A stretch of DNA of 64,000 nucleotides. It comes from Clostridia bacterium. GTDB lineage: Bacteria; Bacillota; Clostridia; Christensenellales; UBA1242. Shown here one piece after another: positions 29,087 through 37,685 of the stretch (positions are counted from its first letter, which is position 1; the number at the start of each line of letters is the position of its first letter). A program made the position numbers and the translations under genes. The stretch covers positions 67,492 to 131,491 of the forward strand of contig JAFTTP010000002.1 in the NCBI GenBank assembly GCA_017466725.1, in the 5' to 3' direction. Under the pieces are notes generated by a model. It was not told the DNA's origin. It did no database searches and saw nothing but the letters and a program-made list of their open reading frames with translations.

Positions 29087-30373
29087 TTATTTATTAGGAT
29101 AAATTTTTTCTATTCCGCCCATATATGGTCTCAACGCAACTGGTACGTTTATGCTGCCATCTTCGTTGACATTGTTTTCAAGCAAAGCAATCAATGCTCT
29201 TGGGCTGGCGAGAACAGTGTTGTTTAATGTATGAAGGTAATATGTGCCCTTCTCGCCCTTCGCACGAATACCAAGACGTCTCGCTTGCGCATCTCCAAGT
29301 GTTGAGCAAGAGCCTACTTCAAAATATTTCTTTTGTCTTGGGCTCCACGCTTCTACATCACAACTTTTTACCTTTAAGTCTGCAAGGTCACCGCTGCAGC
29401 ACTCAAGTGTACGTACTGGAATATCAAGATTTTTAAAAACTTCTACAGTATATTGCCACATTTTATTGTACCAATCCATGCTTTCCTCTGGCTTACAAAG
29501 TACAATCATTTCTTGTTTTTCAAATTGATGAACTCTGTACAATCCTCTCTCTTCAAGACCGTGAGCACCGCCCTCTTTTCTAAAGCATGGGCTGTATGAT
29601 GTCATTTTAATAGGCAACGTTTTTTCATCAATAATTTGCCCTTTAAATTTGCCAATCATAGAGTGTTCGCTTGTACCAATCAAAAACAAATCTTGGCCTT
29701 CAATTTTGTACATCATTGCATCCATTTCAGCAAAACTCATCACCCCATTAACGACATCACTTCTGATCATAAATGGTGGGATTGCATAGATAAATCCTTG
29801 TGAAATCATATAGTCTCTGCCATAAGCAATCATCGCTTCGTGAAGGCGTGCCGCATTGCCAAGAAGATAGTAGAACCCTTCTCCGCTTGTTCTGCCCGCG
29901 CTTTCCTTATCTAAACCAGAAATGCTATCTAAAATATCAGCGTGATAAGGGATTTCAAATGAAGGTACTTTAGGCTCGCCATATTTTTGAATTTCAACAT
30001 TTTGACTATCGTCTTTACCAATTGGAACAGATTTATCTATAATATTTGGAATTGCCATCATAATTTGTTTGATTTCGGCACCAAGTTCTTCTTCTCTCAC
30101 TTCAATTGCAGCCATTTTTTCGTTGTTTGCAACAACTTGAGCCTTAATTGCATTTGCCTCTTCAACTTTCTTCTCTCTCATCAATTTGCCAATTTCTTGA
30201 CTTAATGAATTTCGAGCTGCCCTCAGAGCATCACCTTCTTGTTTAAGTTTTCGATGTTCGCTGTCAAGCATAATTACCTTATCAACCAATTCAAGTTTAG
30301 CATCTTGAAACTTTTTCTTAATATTTTCTTTTACCAACTCTGGATTTGTTCTAATTAAATTAATGTCTATCAT
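29087..30373 (-). CDS. serS: Seryl-tRNA synthetase
   Basis: 428 aa with an N-terminal coiled-coil arm and class II motifs (FRKEGGAHG, GSCSTLGDAQARR). Confidence 0.96.
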   Translation of the reverse strand: MIDINLIRTNPELVKENIKKKFQDAKLELVDKVIMLDSEHRKLKQEGDALRAARNSLSQEIGKLMREKKVEEANAIKAQVVANNEKMAAIEVREEELGAEIKQIMMAIPNIIDKSVPIGKDDSQNVEIQKYGEPKVPSFEIPYHADILDSISGLDKESAGRTSGEGFYYLLGNAARLHEAMIAYGRDYMISQGFIYAIPPFMIRSDVVNGVMSFAEMDAMMYKIEGQDLFLIGTSEHSMIGKFKGQIIDEKTLPIKMTSYSPCFRKEGGAHGLEERGLYRVHQFEKQEMIVLCKPEESMDWYNKMWQYTVEVFKNLDIPVRTLECCSGDLADLKVKSCDVEAWSPRQKKYFEVGSCSTLGDAQARRLGIRAKGEKGTYYLHTLNNTVLASPRALIALLENNVNEDGSINVPVALRPYMGGIEKIYPNK

Positions 30374-30493
30374 ATTTTCTCCTTAATGTTTTAATTATAG
30401 CCCTATCGTTGAAATTAGTCAAATATTTTCATATATTTAAGCATCAAAATATAATATAAATTTAGTATTTTACGAAGAGATGTGTTTTTTTGC

Positions 30494-30522
30494 TTGGATT
30501 TTTTTTTAAATCATCCTATAAT
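30494..30522 (+). promoter_or_regulatory. Candidate sigma-A promoter placing TSS at recombinase ATG
   Basis: TTGGAT (30494-30499), 17 nt, TATAAT (30517-30522). Then 6 nt (AAAACT) and the ATG at 30529; no SD. Confidence 0.5.
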
Positions 30523-30528
30523 AAAACT

Positions 30529-31578
30529 ATGGCAAGTCAATCAATTAATTTTTATCAAAAAAGAGACATACAAAACAGGCTAAAAATGGCAAAATATACC
30601 GACAAGTTGCCAGATTTTTGTTTTGACTACTTTATAGGGATTGAAAACAACACCTCCTCCCTCACACGATATAACTACTCAATGGATATTTATATTTTCT
30701 TCAACTACCTCGCCCAATACATTTTCAAGAAAAAAGAAAACACAATTACATTAGACGACTTAAACAAATTAAAGGCAAAAGACTTAGAACAATACCTCTC
30801 TTACCTTTCATATTACGAGATTGATGGCAAACTTTATAAAAACGATGAGAAAGGTAAAGCGAGAAAATTATCTGCAGTTCGCTCACTTTTTAAATATCTT
30901 TTTAATCACGATCTACTTATTTCAAACGTGGCAAGCAAAGTAGCCACCCCAAAACTACACAACAAAGAAATTGTACGATTAGAGGAAGATGAGGTATCTC
31001 GCTTAATTAACGCCGTAGAATGCCCTACTCAGTTTACCAGTCGCCAACAAGCATACAATAAAAATACATTTGAGCGCGATAATGCCATCATCACACTATT
31101 TCTTGGCACCGGCATACGTATTTCTGAACTTGTAGGCCTAAACTTAGAAAGTTTTGACTTTTCTCAAAATGCATTTGTAGTTACAAGAAAAGGCGGAAAT
31201 CAGACAATGCTGTACTTTTCTGGTGAAGTTGCATCAGCGCTCAAAACATGGCTTGAAAAGAGGGCTACACTAAATTTACCTGAAGAAGAAAAAGCTATGT
31301 TTATTTCTCTTCAAAATCAACGCATTTCTATTAGAGCGGTTGAAAATTTAGTAAAAAAGTTTGCCCAAATTGCTTCCCCCTTAAAAAACATATCGCCACA
31401 TAAACTAAGAAGCACCTATGGCACCAACTTATACAAAGAGACTAAAGACATTTACATTGTTGCAGATGTGCTTGGGCATAAGGATGTAAATACCACCAAA
31501 CGCCACTACGCAGCGATAAGTGAAGATATGCGAAAAAGTGTTGCTGGCAAAGTAAAAATCCATAAAGACGTTGAATAA
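30529..31578 (+). CDS. Tyrosine site-specific recombinase (XerC/XerD family)
   Basis: Catalytic residues recognisable (GTGIRISEL, HKLRSTYGT, LGHKDVNTTKRHYAA). The ORF track starts at TTG 30490; ATG 30529 is preferred. Confidence 0.8.
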   Translation: MASQSINFYQKRDIQNRLKMAKYTDKLPDFCFDYFIGIENNTSSLTRYNYSMDIYIFFNYLAQYIFKKKENTITLDDLNKLKAKDLEQYLSYLSYYEIDGKLYKNDEKGKARKLSAVRSLFKYLFNHDLLISNVASKVATPKLHNKEIVRLEEDEVSRLINAVECPTQFTSRQQAYNKNTFERDNAIITLFLGTGIRISELVGLNLESFDFSQNAFVVTRKGGNQTMLYFSGEVASALKTWLEKRATLNLPEEEKAMFISLQNQRISIRAVENLVKKFAQIASPLKNISPHKLRSTYGTNLYKETKDIYIVADVLGHKDVNTTKRHYAAISEDMRKSVAGKVKIHKDVE

Positions 31579-31636
31579 ACTTACAAAAACTACACAATAT
31601 AATAGTGTGAAGGAGATATGCTTCACATTATAGAAG

Positions 31637-31669
31637 AGAGATTTTTATATTAATAGAAATCTCTTTTTA
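31637..31669 (+). terminator. Intrinsic terminator after recombinase gene
   Basis: AGAGATTT-N12-AAATCTCT followed by TTTTTATTT. Confidence 0.7.
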
Positions 31670-31725
31670 TTTATATATTCATAACATAATACCTTATAGT
31701 ATTAACTATTATGCAATACATACTA

Positions 31726-31756
31726 CTAAAAAAGAAGGCTTTTAATGCCCTCTTTT
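31726..31756 (-). terminator. Intrinsic terminator after spoIVB
   Basis: In the minus-strand RNA: AGAGGGC-AUUAAAA-GCCUUCU (one G-U pair), followed by U6. Confidence 0.7.
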
Positions 31757-32968
31757 TTATTGCAAGTTTTCAAGCATCCAATCCGTATAAACTCCATATC
31801 CTTTGGTTGCATCAGATATAAATACATGTGTCACTGCACCAACAATTTTATCATCCTGCATAATAGGCGAGCCGCTCATGCCCTGTACAATTCCCCCAGT
31901 AAGACGCAATAACCTCTCATCTTTTACTCTAAACACAAAACTTTTGTCACTACTTGCTTTTTGGCTATGCACTTTTATTATTTCAATATCATACTCCTCT
32001 TGAATTCCACTTACACAAGAAATAAGTTTTGCCAGACCTGGCTTGACACTCAGTCTTCCGCCTAATTTTGCGCTTTTGTTTATGTCAATAATACTGCCGC
32101 CATCTTCCAATTTACCAAAAATACCAACATTTGTGTTTTTTTCAATACTGCCTTTGCTGTTCTTTTCAATAAATACACACTGTAATTCACCTGGCTTATT
32201 TCTTTTCCCCTTCTCTATATTCACTAGATTGCACTCATAAATTTTGCCATTAGTAATCGGAATAATGTTTTTATCATCACCATTTGCGATGGCGTGGCCA
32301 AGCGCGCCATATTTTCCGCTATCAGCAAGTACAAATGTCAAAGTGCCTACACCAGACACATCATCTCTTACCCATATCCCCAATTTATAATTACCATCAT
32401 CTTTAATTAAAGGCAACTCTACATAATGTACTTTGCCATTACGAAAAATTGTAAGTGATGCATATTCACCTTCTGCTTGCTTCAACGCTTGAGTTAGGTC
32501 TGCTACGCTTGTAATTTCAACATCATTTAAACGTTGAATTACATCCCCATTCTCAATAAATTCATTTTTTACTATGTCACCACTTAAGGCGTTTACTGAC
32601 GAATTGCTTACCACCATTGCGCCATTTGTGTCAATACTCAAGCCTATTACATTTCCGCCCACATAAACATCCTCTTCTGGCAGCAGTTTAACTGAAACTT
32701 TTTTAATAGGAATAACACCAAATAGCTTAAAAATAATCTCTCCGCAACTTTCTTTGCTATCATCGGTATTTACATCCCTATGCGTAAATTCAAGATTAAC
32801 CAGCCGTCCAAATCGCCTTCCAACATTGGCCTGTTCTACCTCTTGATAATTTACATACATATCATTAGGCATGCCCGCAATATCACCAAAAGAAACATTA
32901 GTCAATATACATGCACATACAAGCACTATTAATAATATAGGCAACAATCTTTTGTTTTTCTTCATCAA
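31757..32968 (-). CDS. spoIVB: SpoIVB peptidase (S55 family, sporulation signalling protease)
   Basis: 403 aa with an N-terminal TM, a PDZ domain, GALGH and GMSGSPI catalytic motifs. Lies after recN. Confidence 0.92.
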   Translation of the reverse strand: MMKKNKRLLPILLIVLVCACILTNVSFGDIAGMPNDMYVNYQEVEQANVGRRFGRLVNLEFTHRDVNTDDSKESCGEIIFKLFGVIPIKKVSVKLLPEEDVYVGGNVIGLSIDTNGAMVVSNSSVNALSGDIVKNEFIENGDVIQRLNDVEITSVADLTQALKQAEGEYASLTIFRNGKVHYVELPLIKDDGNYKLGIWVRDDVSGVGTLTFVLADSGKYGALGHAIANGDDKNIIPITNGKIYECNLVNIEKGKRNKPGELQCVFIEKNSKGSIEKNTNVGIFGKLEDGGSIIDINKSAKLGGRLSVKPGLAKLISCVSGIQEEYDIEIIKVHSQKASSDKSFVFRVKDERLLRLTGGIVQGMSGSPIMQDDKIVGAVTHVFISDATKGYGVYTDWMLENLQ

Positions 32969-32980
32969 CTTTGCCTCCTA

Positions 32981-33011
32981 CAAAAAAAGACCAACCTTTA
33001 TAGGTTAGTCT
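32981..33011 (-). terminator. Intrinsic terminator after recN
   Basis: In the minus-strand RNA: AGACUAACC-N6-GGUUGGUCU, followed by U7. The GGAGG SD of spoIVB follows directly. Confidence 0.7.
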
Positions 33012-33028
33012 TTGCAATTTTATTGCTA

Positions 33029-34693
33029 TTATGCCATTTTGCCAGCTTTAATTCTCATCTCAATCGCTTGCTGTTTTGATGCCTGTGTCAACTTGTCACC
33101 AACTGTCATTTTTGCCAAATAATCGCTGATTTTATCTTCAGCAATAAGTTCAATCTTAGTATGTGTTGTTGTTTCGTTTTCTTCTTTAGTTACAACATAC
33201 ATATTGTCAGCAAATGCTGCAACTTGTGGTAAATGCGTAATACATAAAATTTGAACATGTTTTGACAACCCATCAATCTTTTGACCTACAATGTTGCCAG
33301 TCTCGCCACTTATACCACTGTCAATTTCATCAAAAATTAAAGTCTGAGCATCGCCAATTTCTGTGAAAATATTTTTAACAGCAAGCATAAATCTGCTAAG
33401 TTCACCGCCAGACGCTGTTTTTGCTAACGCTTTTACCTCCTGCCCTTTGTTTGCAGAAAATTCAAACTCAACAACATCTTGTCCGTTGTTAGTTGGTTCT
33501 GTTTTACTAAACTTGACTGTAAACTTGCTGGATTTCATGCCCAATTGTTTAAGCTCATCTAAAATTTTATTTTCAATCTCTTTTGCGCTGCTTTGACGTA
33601 AAGCTGTCAACACATCACATTGATGAATAAGTTTGTCATATACTATAGCTTTTTCGTTTTCAAGTTTTGAAAGCAAAAATTCGCTGTCGCTTAAATCGTT
33701 TAGTTTCACTTTTGCGTCTTCTACAAACGCAAGCACTTTTTCAACGCTGCCGCCATATTTTTTGGTTAAAGATTTAATTAAATCATTTCGACGATCAAGT
33801 CTATCAAACTCTTTCTCATCAAATTCGCTCATCGATTTAATATTTCCAAGCGTTTCAACAACATCTTCTACTTCATATCGCACGCTTTCAAGCCTCTGAC
33901 GACACTCTTCAATTTCGTCAAATGCGCTTAAGTGCCCCAAAGCGCCAACAGATTCTTGCAAAGTGCGGACAGCAGATGATGCGCCTTCACTTAACAACTC
34001 TTCGCAACTCGTCACCGCTTGATAAATTTTTTCAGCATTATTTAAAAGTTTCAGTCTATCTGCAACTTCTTGTTCTTCGCCTAGTTGCAACTTCGCATTT
34101 TCAATTTCATCCACTTGATATTGAAGTAAGCTTCGCATGCGCTCTCGCTCAAACTCATCTCCGCCTAAAGATTCAATTTGCTTAATAATGCTATTATATT
34201 TTGATTTTAACTCTCTAACTACATCTTTTTGAATGGAAACTTTTTCACCTGCAAATTTATCCAGCATTGCAAGATGATTTTTAGTTTTCAACAACTCAAC
34301 ACTTTCATGCTGAGAATAACTGTCCACCAACGCAGCACCTACTTCCTTTAAAATTGAAGCCGTTGCGGGCGTAGCATTGATTCGCACATTGCTTTTACCG
34401 TCAACCGTTAACATGCGAGAAAGACAAATCTCATCGTCTTCATATCCCAACTCGCTTAATTTTTGTCTGCAACCATCTGACAAATCGGTAAAAACGGCAT
34501 CAACTCTCATTTCCTTTTCGCCATAGCGAATTAATGTTTTGTCAGCCTTTGCACCAAGTACAAAATTGAGCGCGTCAAAAATAATACTTTTACCAGCACC
34601 TGTTTCACCTAACAGCACATTAAACCCAGCAGAGAAATCAACTGAAAGGTTTGTAATAAGGGCTACATTTTTTATAGATAAAGTTTGAAGCAT
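33029..34693 (-). CDS. recN: DNA repair protein RecN
   Basis: 554 aa with Walker A GETGAGKS, coiled coils and the ASGGELSR signature. Confidence 0.96.
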   Translation of the reverse strand: MLQTLSIKNVALITNLSVDFSAGFNVLLGETGAGKSIIFDALNFVLGAKADKTLIRYGEKEMRVDAVFTDLSDGCRQKLSELGYEDDEICLSRMLTVDGKSNVRINATPATASILKEVGAALVDSYSQHESVELLKTKNHLAMLDKFAGEKVSIQKDVVRELKSKYNSIIKQIESLGGDEFERERMRSLLQYQVDEIENAKLQLGEEQEVADRLKLLNNAEKIYQAVTSCEELLSEGASSAVRTLQESVGALGHLSAFDEIEECRQRLESVRYEVEDVVETLGNIKSMSEFDEKEFDRLDRRNDLIKSLTKKYGGSVEKVLAFVEDAKVKLNDLSDSEFLLSKLENEKAIVYDKLIHQCDVLTALRQSSAKEIENKILDELKQLGMKSSKFTVKFSKTEPTNNGQDVVEFEFSANKGQEVKALAKTASGGELSRFMLAVKNIFTEIGDAQTLIFDEIDSGISGETGNIVGQKIDGLSKHVQILCITHLPQVAAFADNMYVVTKEENETTTHTKIELIAEDKISDYLAKMTVGDKLTQASKQQAIEMRIKAGKMA

Positions 34694-34703
34694 GTCACAC
34701 CTC

Positions 34704-35162
34704 TCAATTCAACATATTATTCAGCGTAACAACCGCCTCGTTGGCATATGTAACTGTTGGAAAAATAAGCATAACAGTATCTTCACCATTTGTTGCGCCC
34801 AAAAGTTCGCTTATATTCAACTTATCAACAAAACTTGCAATTGCCTGAGCCATGCCCTTCATGGTGCGCACAACAACAAGATTCATTGCCGGTTTAACGG
34901 ATATTACCGATTCTTTAAAAATGGTTATGTATTTGTTAGAAATAACTTGCTCGCCAGAAGTAACAATACAATATTTATACTTCCCTGTACTTGAGAGTAT
35001 TTTAGTTAATCCAAGTTCTTTAATATCCCTTGAAATAGTGGCTTGAGTAATATCAAAGTTTGCATTTCTAAGTTCTCTTGCAAGTTCATCCTGCGTTTCA
35101 ATCTCTTTAGTAGAGATAAGTTCTAAGATTTTTGATTGCCTTGCGCTTCTTGCCATAGTCAA
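34704..35162 (-). CDS. argR: Arginine repressor ArgR/AhrC
   Basis: 152 aa starting RQSKILELI..., with QATISRDIKELGL and a C-terminal oligomerisation domain. Lies upstream of recN, as in Bacillus. Confidence 0.93.
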   Translation of the reverse strand: MTMARSARQSKILELISTKEIETQDELARELRNANFDITQATISRDIKELGLTKILSSTGKYKYCIVTSGEQVISNKYITIFKESVISVKPAMNLVVVRTMKGMAQAIASFVDKLNISELLGATNGEDTVMLIFPTVTYANEAVVTLNNMLN

Positions 35163-35204
35163 CTCCTTAATACGCTTAATCCCTTTTATTTAAAAGGGTG
35201 TAGC

Positions 35205-35305
35205 GATTTATGCATAAATATAAATCTATAGATATTCATGCATTTTTGATTATTATACAACACAATAAATATTTATGCAAGCGATTTATGCATGTTTATT
35301 CATTC
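35205..35305 (-). promoter_or_regulatory. argR promoter flanked by ARG-box-like TGCAT/TGAAT repeats
   Basis: On the minus strand: TTGCAT (35280-35275), 17 nt, TATAAT (35257-35252). TGAATAAACATGCA lies at 35302-35289. ATGCAT cores lie at 35210-35215, 35238-35243 and 35288-35293. Confidence 0.5.
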
Positions 35306-35380
35306 ATTTTTAATATTTATTTCATCGCGTGAAAAAACATGCGCGCCATTTTCATAAACATACAATAGCATTCAGCGCAA

Positions 35381-35411
35381 ATAAAAAGCATGGCTTTTAA
35401 AACCATGCTTC
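35381..35411 (-). terminator. Intrinsic terminator after thiI
   Basis: AGCATGG-N9-CCATGCT, followed by TTTTTATTT on the minus strand. Confidence 0.75.
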
Positions 35412-35415
35412 TAAA

Positions 35416-36585
35416 TTATTCGACAACTATTGTCTCCTCCCCTGCCAAGCACTCTTCAACAAGGGCTTCAATGTTTAGTTTGCCCTCCTCTCTTTCACAC
35501 CTATCAATCGTTGGTTTTATTACAGGATTTTTTGGGAGAAAAACAGTACAGCAATCTTCATACGGAAGAATTGAAGTTTCGTAAGTCCCAATCGCTTGAG
35601 CAACCGCCATAATCTCTTCCTTATCCATGGTAATACAAGGCCTAAAAATAGGTTTAATTTTTACAACCCCACCAGTCACTGTCATGCTTTGCATAGTTTG
35701 ACTTGCAACCTGCCCCAAGCTTTCACCCGTCACAATCGCACCAAGATTATTATTCTCACACACCCTTTCAGCAATCCTCATCATGATGCGTCGCATAATA
35801 GTAATCATATATTCTGGCGAACAATTCATATGAATCATCTCTTGCACCTTAGTAAAAGAAATCATATGCAATTTGATTTTGCCTACATATGGCACAAGCT
35901 CTTTTGCAAGAGTTAAAACCTTATCACGAGCAAGTTCTGACGTATATGGGTAACTATGAAAATGCAGCGCTTCAATTTCAAGTCCGCGCTTACCAACCAA
36001 GTAGCCAGCCACAGGACTATCAATTCCTCCAGATAAAAGCAACAGCCCCCTGCCCGCGCAACCGAGTGGCAAGCCTCCCTGACATTTGATTGTATCATAA
36101 AACATATACGCCTTGCCGTTTAAACGAATATCAATATGAATTTCAACTTGAGGATTGTACAATTCAACTTCAGCTTGATGATTTTTGGAAAGAACAACTC
36201 CTCCTAATTGTTTTGCGAAATCCATTGATGAAAGCGGGAATTTTTTATCAGCACGTTTCACAAACACTTTGAATGTTTTATTGCCCAGCTGTAATTTTTC
36301 AACTTCAGCTGTTATCGCTTCAATCGTTGCAGGCAATTCAACGGCACATGAAAGGCTATACAAGCCAAATACCTGTTTAAGTTTTTCAACAATTGCCTTT
36401 TCACGTCCATCATCATAACCAGAAATTACATAGCGCCCAAAAGTCTTTTCAAACTTAAATTGCTCTCCCTGCAATTTGCTTTTTATATTTCTAATCAGCA
36501 TGCTTTCAAAAAGGTGACGATTATCACCTTTTAAATACAACTCACCAAATCGTAGTAATATTACCTTCACTTTACTTTCTCCCAA
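35416..36585 (-). CDS. thiI: tRNA 4-thiouridine(8) synthase ThiI
   Basis: 389 aa with a THUMP region and the PP-loop SGGIDSPVA. Confidence 0.93.
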   Translation of the reverse strand: MGESKVKVILLRFGELYLKGDNRHLFESMLIRNIKSKLQGEQFKFEKTFGRYVISGYDDGREKAIVEKLKQVFGLYSLSCAVELPATIEAITAEVEKLQLGNKTFKVFVKRADKKFPLSSMDFAKQLGGVVLSKNHQAEVELYNPQVEIHIDIRLNGKAYMFYDTIKCQGGLPLGCAGRGLLLLSGGIDSPVAGYLVGKRGLEIEALHFHSYPYTSELARDKVLTLAKELVPYVGKIKLHMISFTKVQEMIHMNCSPEYMITIMRRIMMRIAERVCENNNLGAIVTGESLGQVASQTMQSMTVTGGVVKIKPIFRPCITMDKEEIMAVAQAIGTYETSILPYEDCCTVFLPKNPVIKPTIDRCEREEGKLNIEALVEECLAGEETIVVE

Positions 36586-37685
36586 ATTTCACGATATACT
36601 TTTATTATTTGGTTTGCCGCCTCACAAACCTCTTGTTCGGTTAAAAATTCGTTAAACGACAAACGTATTCTTGTTTTTACTGCATCTTTTGAATATCCCA
36701 TGCTTTCCAAAATTCGGTTGCCAGATTTTTTTGCAGAGCATGCACTACCCATACCAACTATTATGCCATAGTCTTGCAGTGCGCGCATTAATGTCTCGCC
36801 ATTTACACCTTTAAATCCTACACTTATAATATAAGGGCTTCCAACATCTAAAACGTCAACATTCTCATCCTCTGCAAGAATCTCCGCAGCCAAGCGCTTT
36901 AATTGCATCACCTTATTATAATTTTCATCAACATTAATATTTTCGACTACATAATCCAAAGCCATAATCCCAGCAACATTTTCTGTCCCAGAACGCAAAC
37001 CGCCTTCTTGACCACCTCCAAACACAATATTCTTTAACGCTTTAGGATTTTTCACATACAACGCACCAACCCCCTTAGGACCATGAAACTTATGGGCAGA
37101 AATAGTATAAAAGTCTACGCCTAGCGCGTCCAAGTCAACAGGAATCTTACAAAACGCCTGCACGCCATCTACGTGAACCATCGCATTTTGTGTCTTGTCT
37201 TTTATAATACCCACAATACGTTGTATGTCATTGATTGCACCAGTCTCGTTGCTTACATGCATAACAGAAACCAGTCTGGTCCTATCATTAACTACACTTT
37301 CAAGCATTTCATAATCAACTTCACCCGTTGGCGAAAGCCCTACAAAGTGCACTTTAAAGCCTTGCAGCTCAAGTTCTTTGGCAACATTATATACACTAGG
37401 ATGCTCTCCAACAGAAAATACATATTCCCATTTACCATTGCGTTTGCTGCCCATAATTGCCAAGTTGTTACTTTCGGTTGCGCCGCTTGTAAATACAACA
37501 TCCCCAACGCTTGCGCCCAACTTTTGCTTTAACCTCAGTTTTACATCTTGAAGTCCTTTAGCAATTTCTATTGCTTCGCGATAATTTGCAGATGGGTTAT
37601 AAAAAGACTGGCAGGCATATTTTTGATATACGCCCACCGCCCCCTCAAGCATAGCTGTTGTCGCTGCATTGTCTAAATAAATCAT
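36567..37685 (-). CDS. Cysteine desulfurase (NifS/IscS class V aminotransferase)
   Basis: 372 aa with the PLP-Lys motif SAHKFHGPKG and an active-site Cys loop (GSACSA). Overlaps both pheT and thiI. Confidence 0.9.
   Translation of the reverse strand: MIYLDNAATTAMLEGAVGVYQKYACQSFYNPSANYREAIEIAKGLQDVKLRLKQKLGASVGDVVFTSGATESNNLAIMGSKRNGKWEYVFSVGEHPSVYNVAKELELQGFKVHFVGLSPTGEVDYEMLESVVNDRTRLVSVMHVSNETGAINDIQRIVGIIKDKTQNAMVHVDGVQAFCKIPVDLDALGVDFYTISAHKFHGPKGVGALYVKNPKALKNIVFGGGQEGGLRSGTENVAGIMALDYVVENINVDENYNKVMQLKRLAAEILAEDENVDVLDVGSPYIISVGFKGVNGETLMRALQDYGIIVGMGSACSAKKSGNRILESMGYSKDAVKTRIRLSFNEFLTEQEVCEAANQIIKVYREIWEKVK

Noticed and set aside
30374-30489. T-box or other riboswitch leaders expected upstream of serS. 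The same check was made upstream of aspS (45882-45932) and lysS (60112-60162).
   Set aside because: The spacers are only about 50-115 nt, too short for a T-box, and none contains the GGUGGUACC motif. aspS instead has a plain promoter. lysS has a short spacer with an ATTGAC-N6-GTCAAT palindrome of unknown meaning.
31579-31756. A dif-like Xer recombination site next to the Xer-family recombinase.
   Set aside because: I compared the AT-rich spacer by eye with the Firmicute dif consensus (…TATATATTATGTAAACT). Only a short ACATAATA match was found, and the flanking arms do not align.
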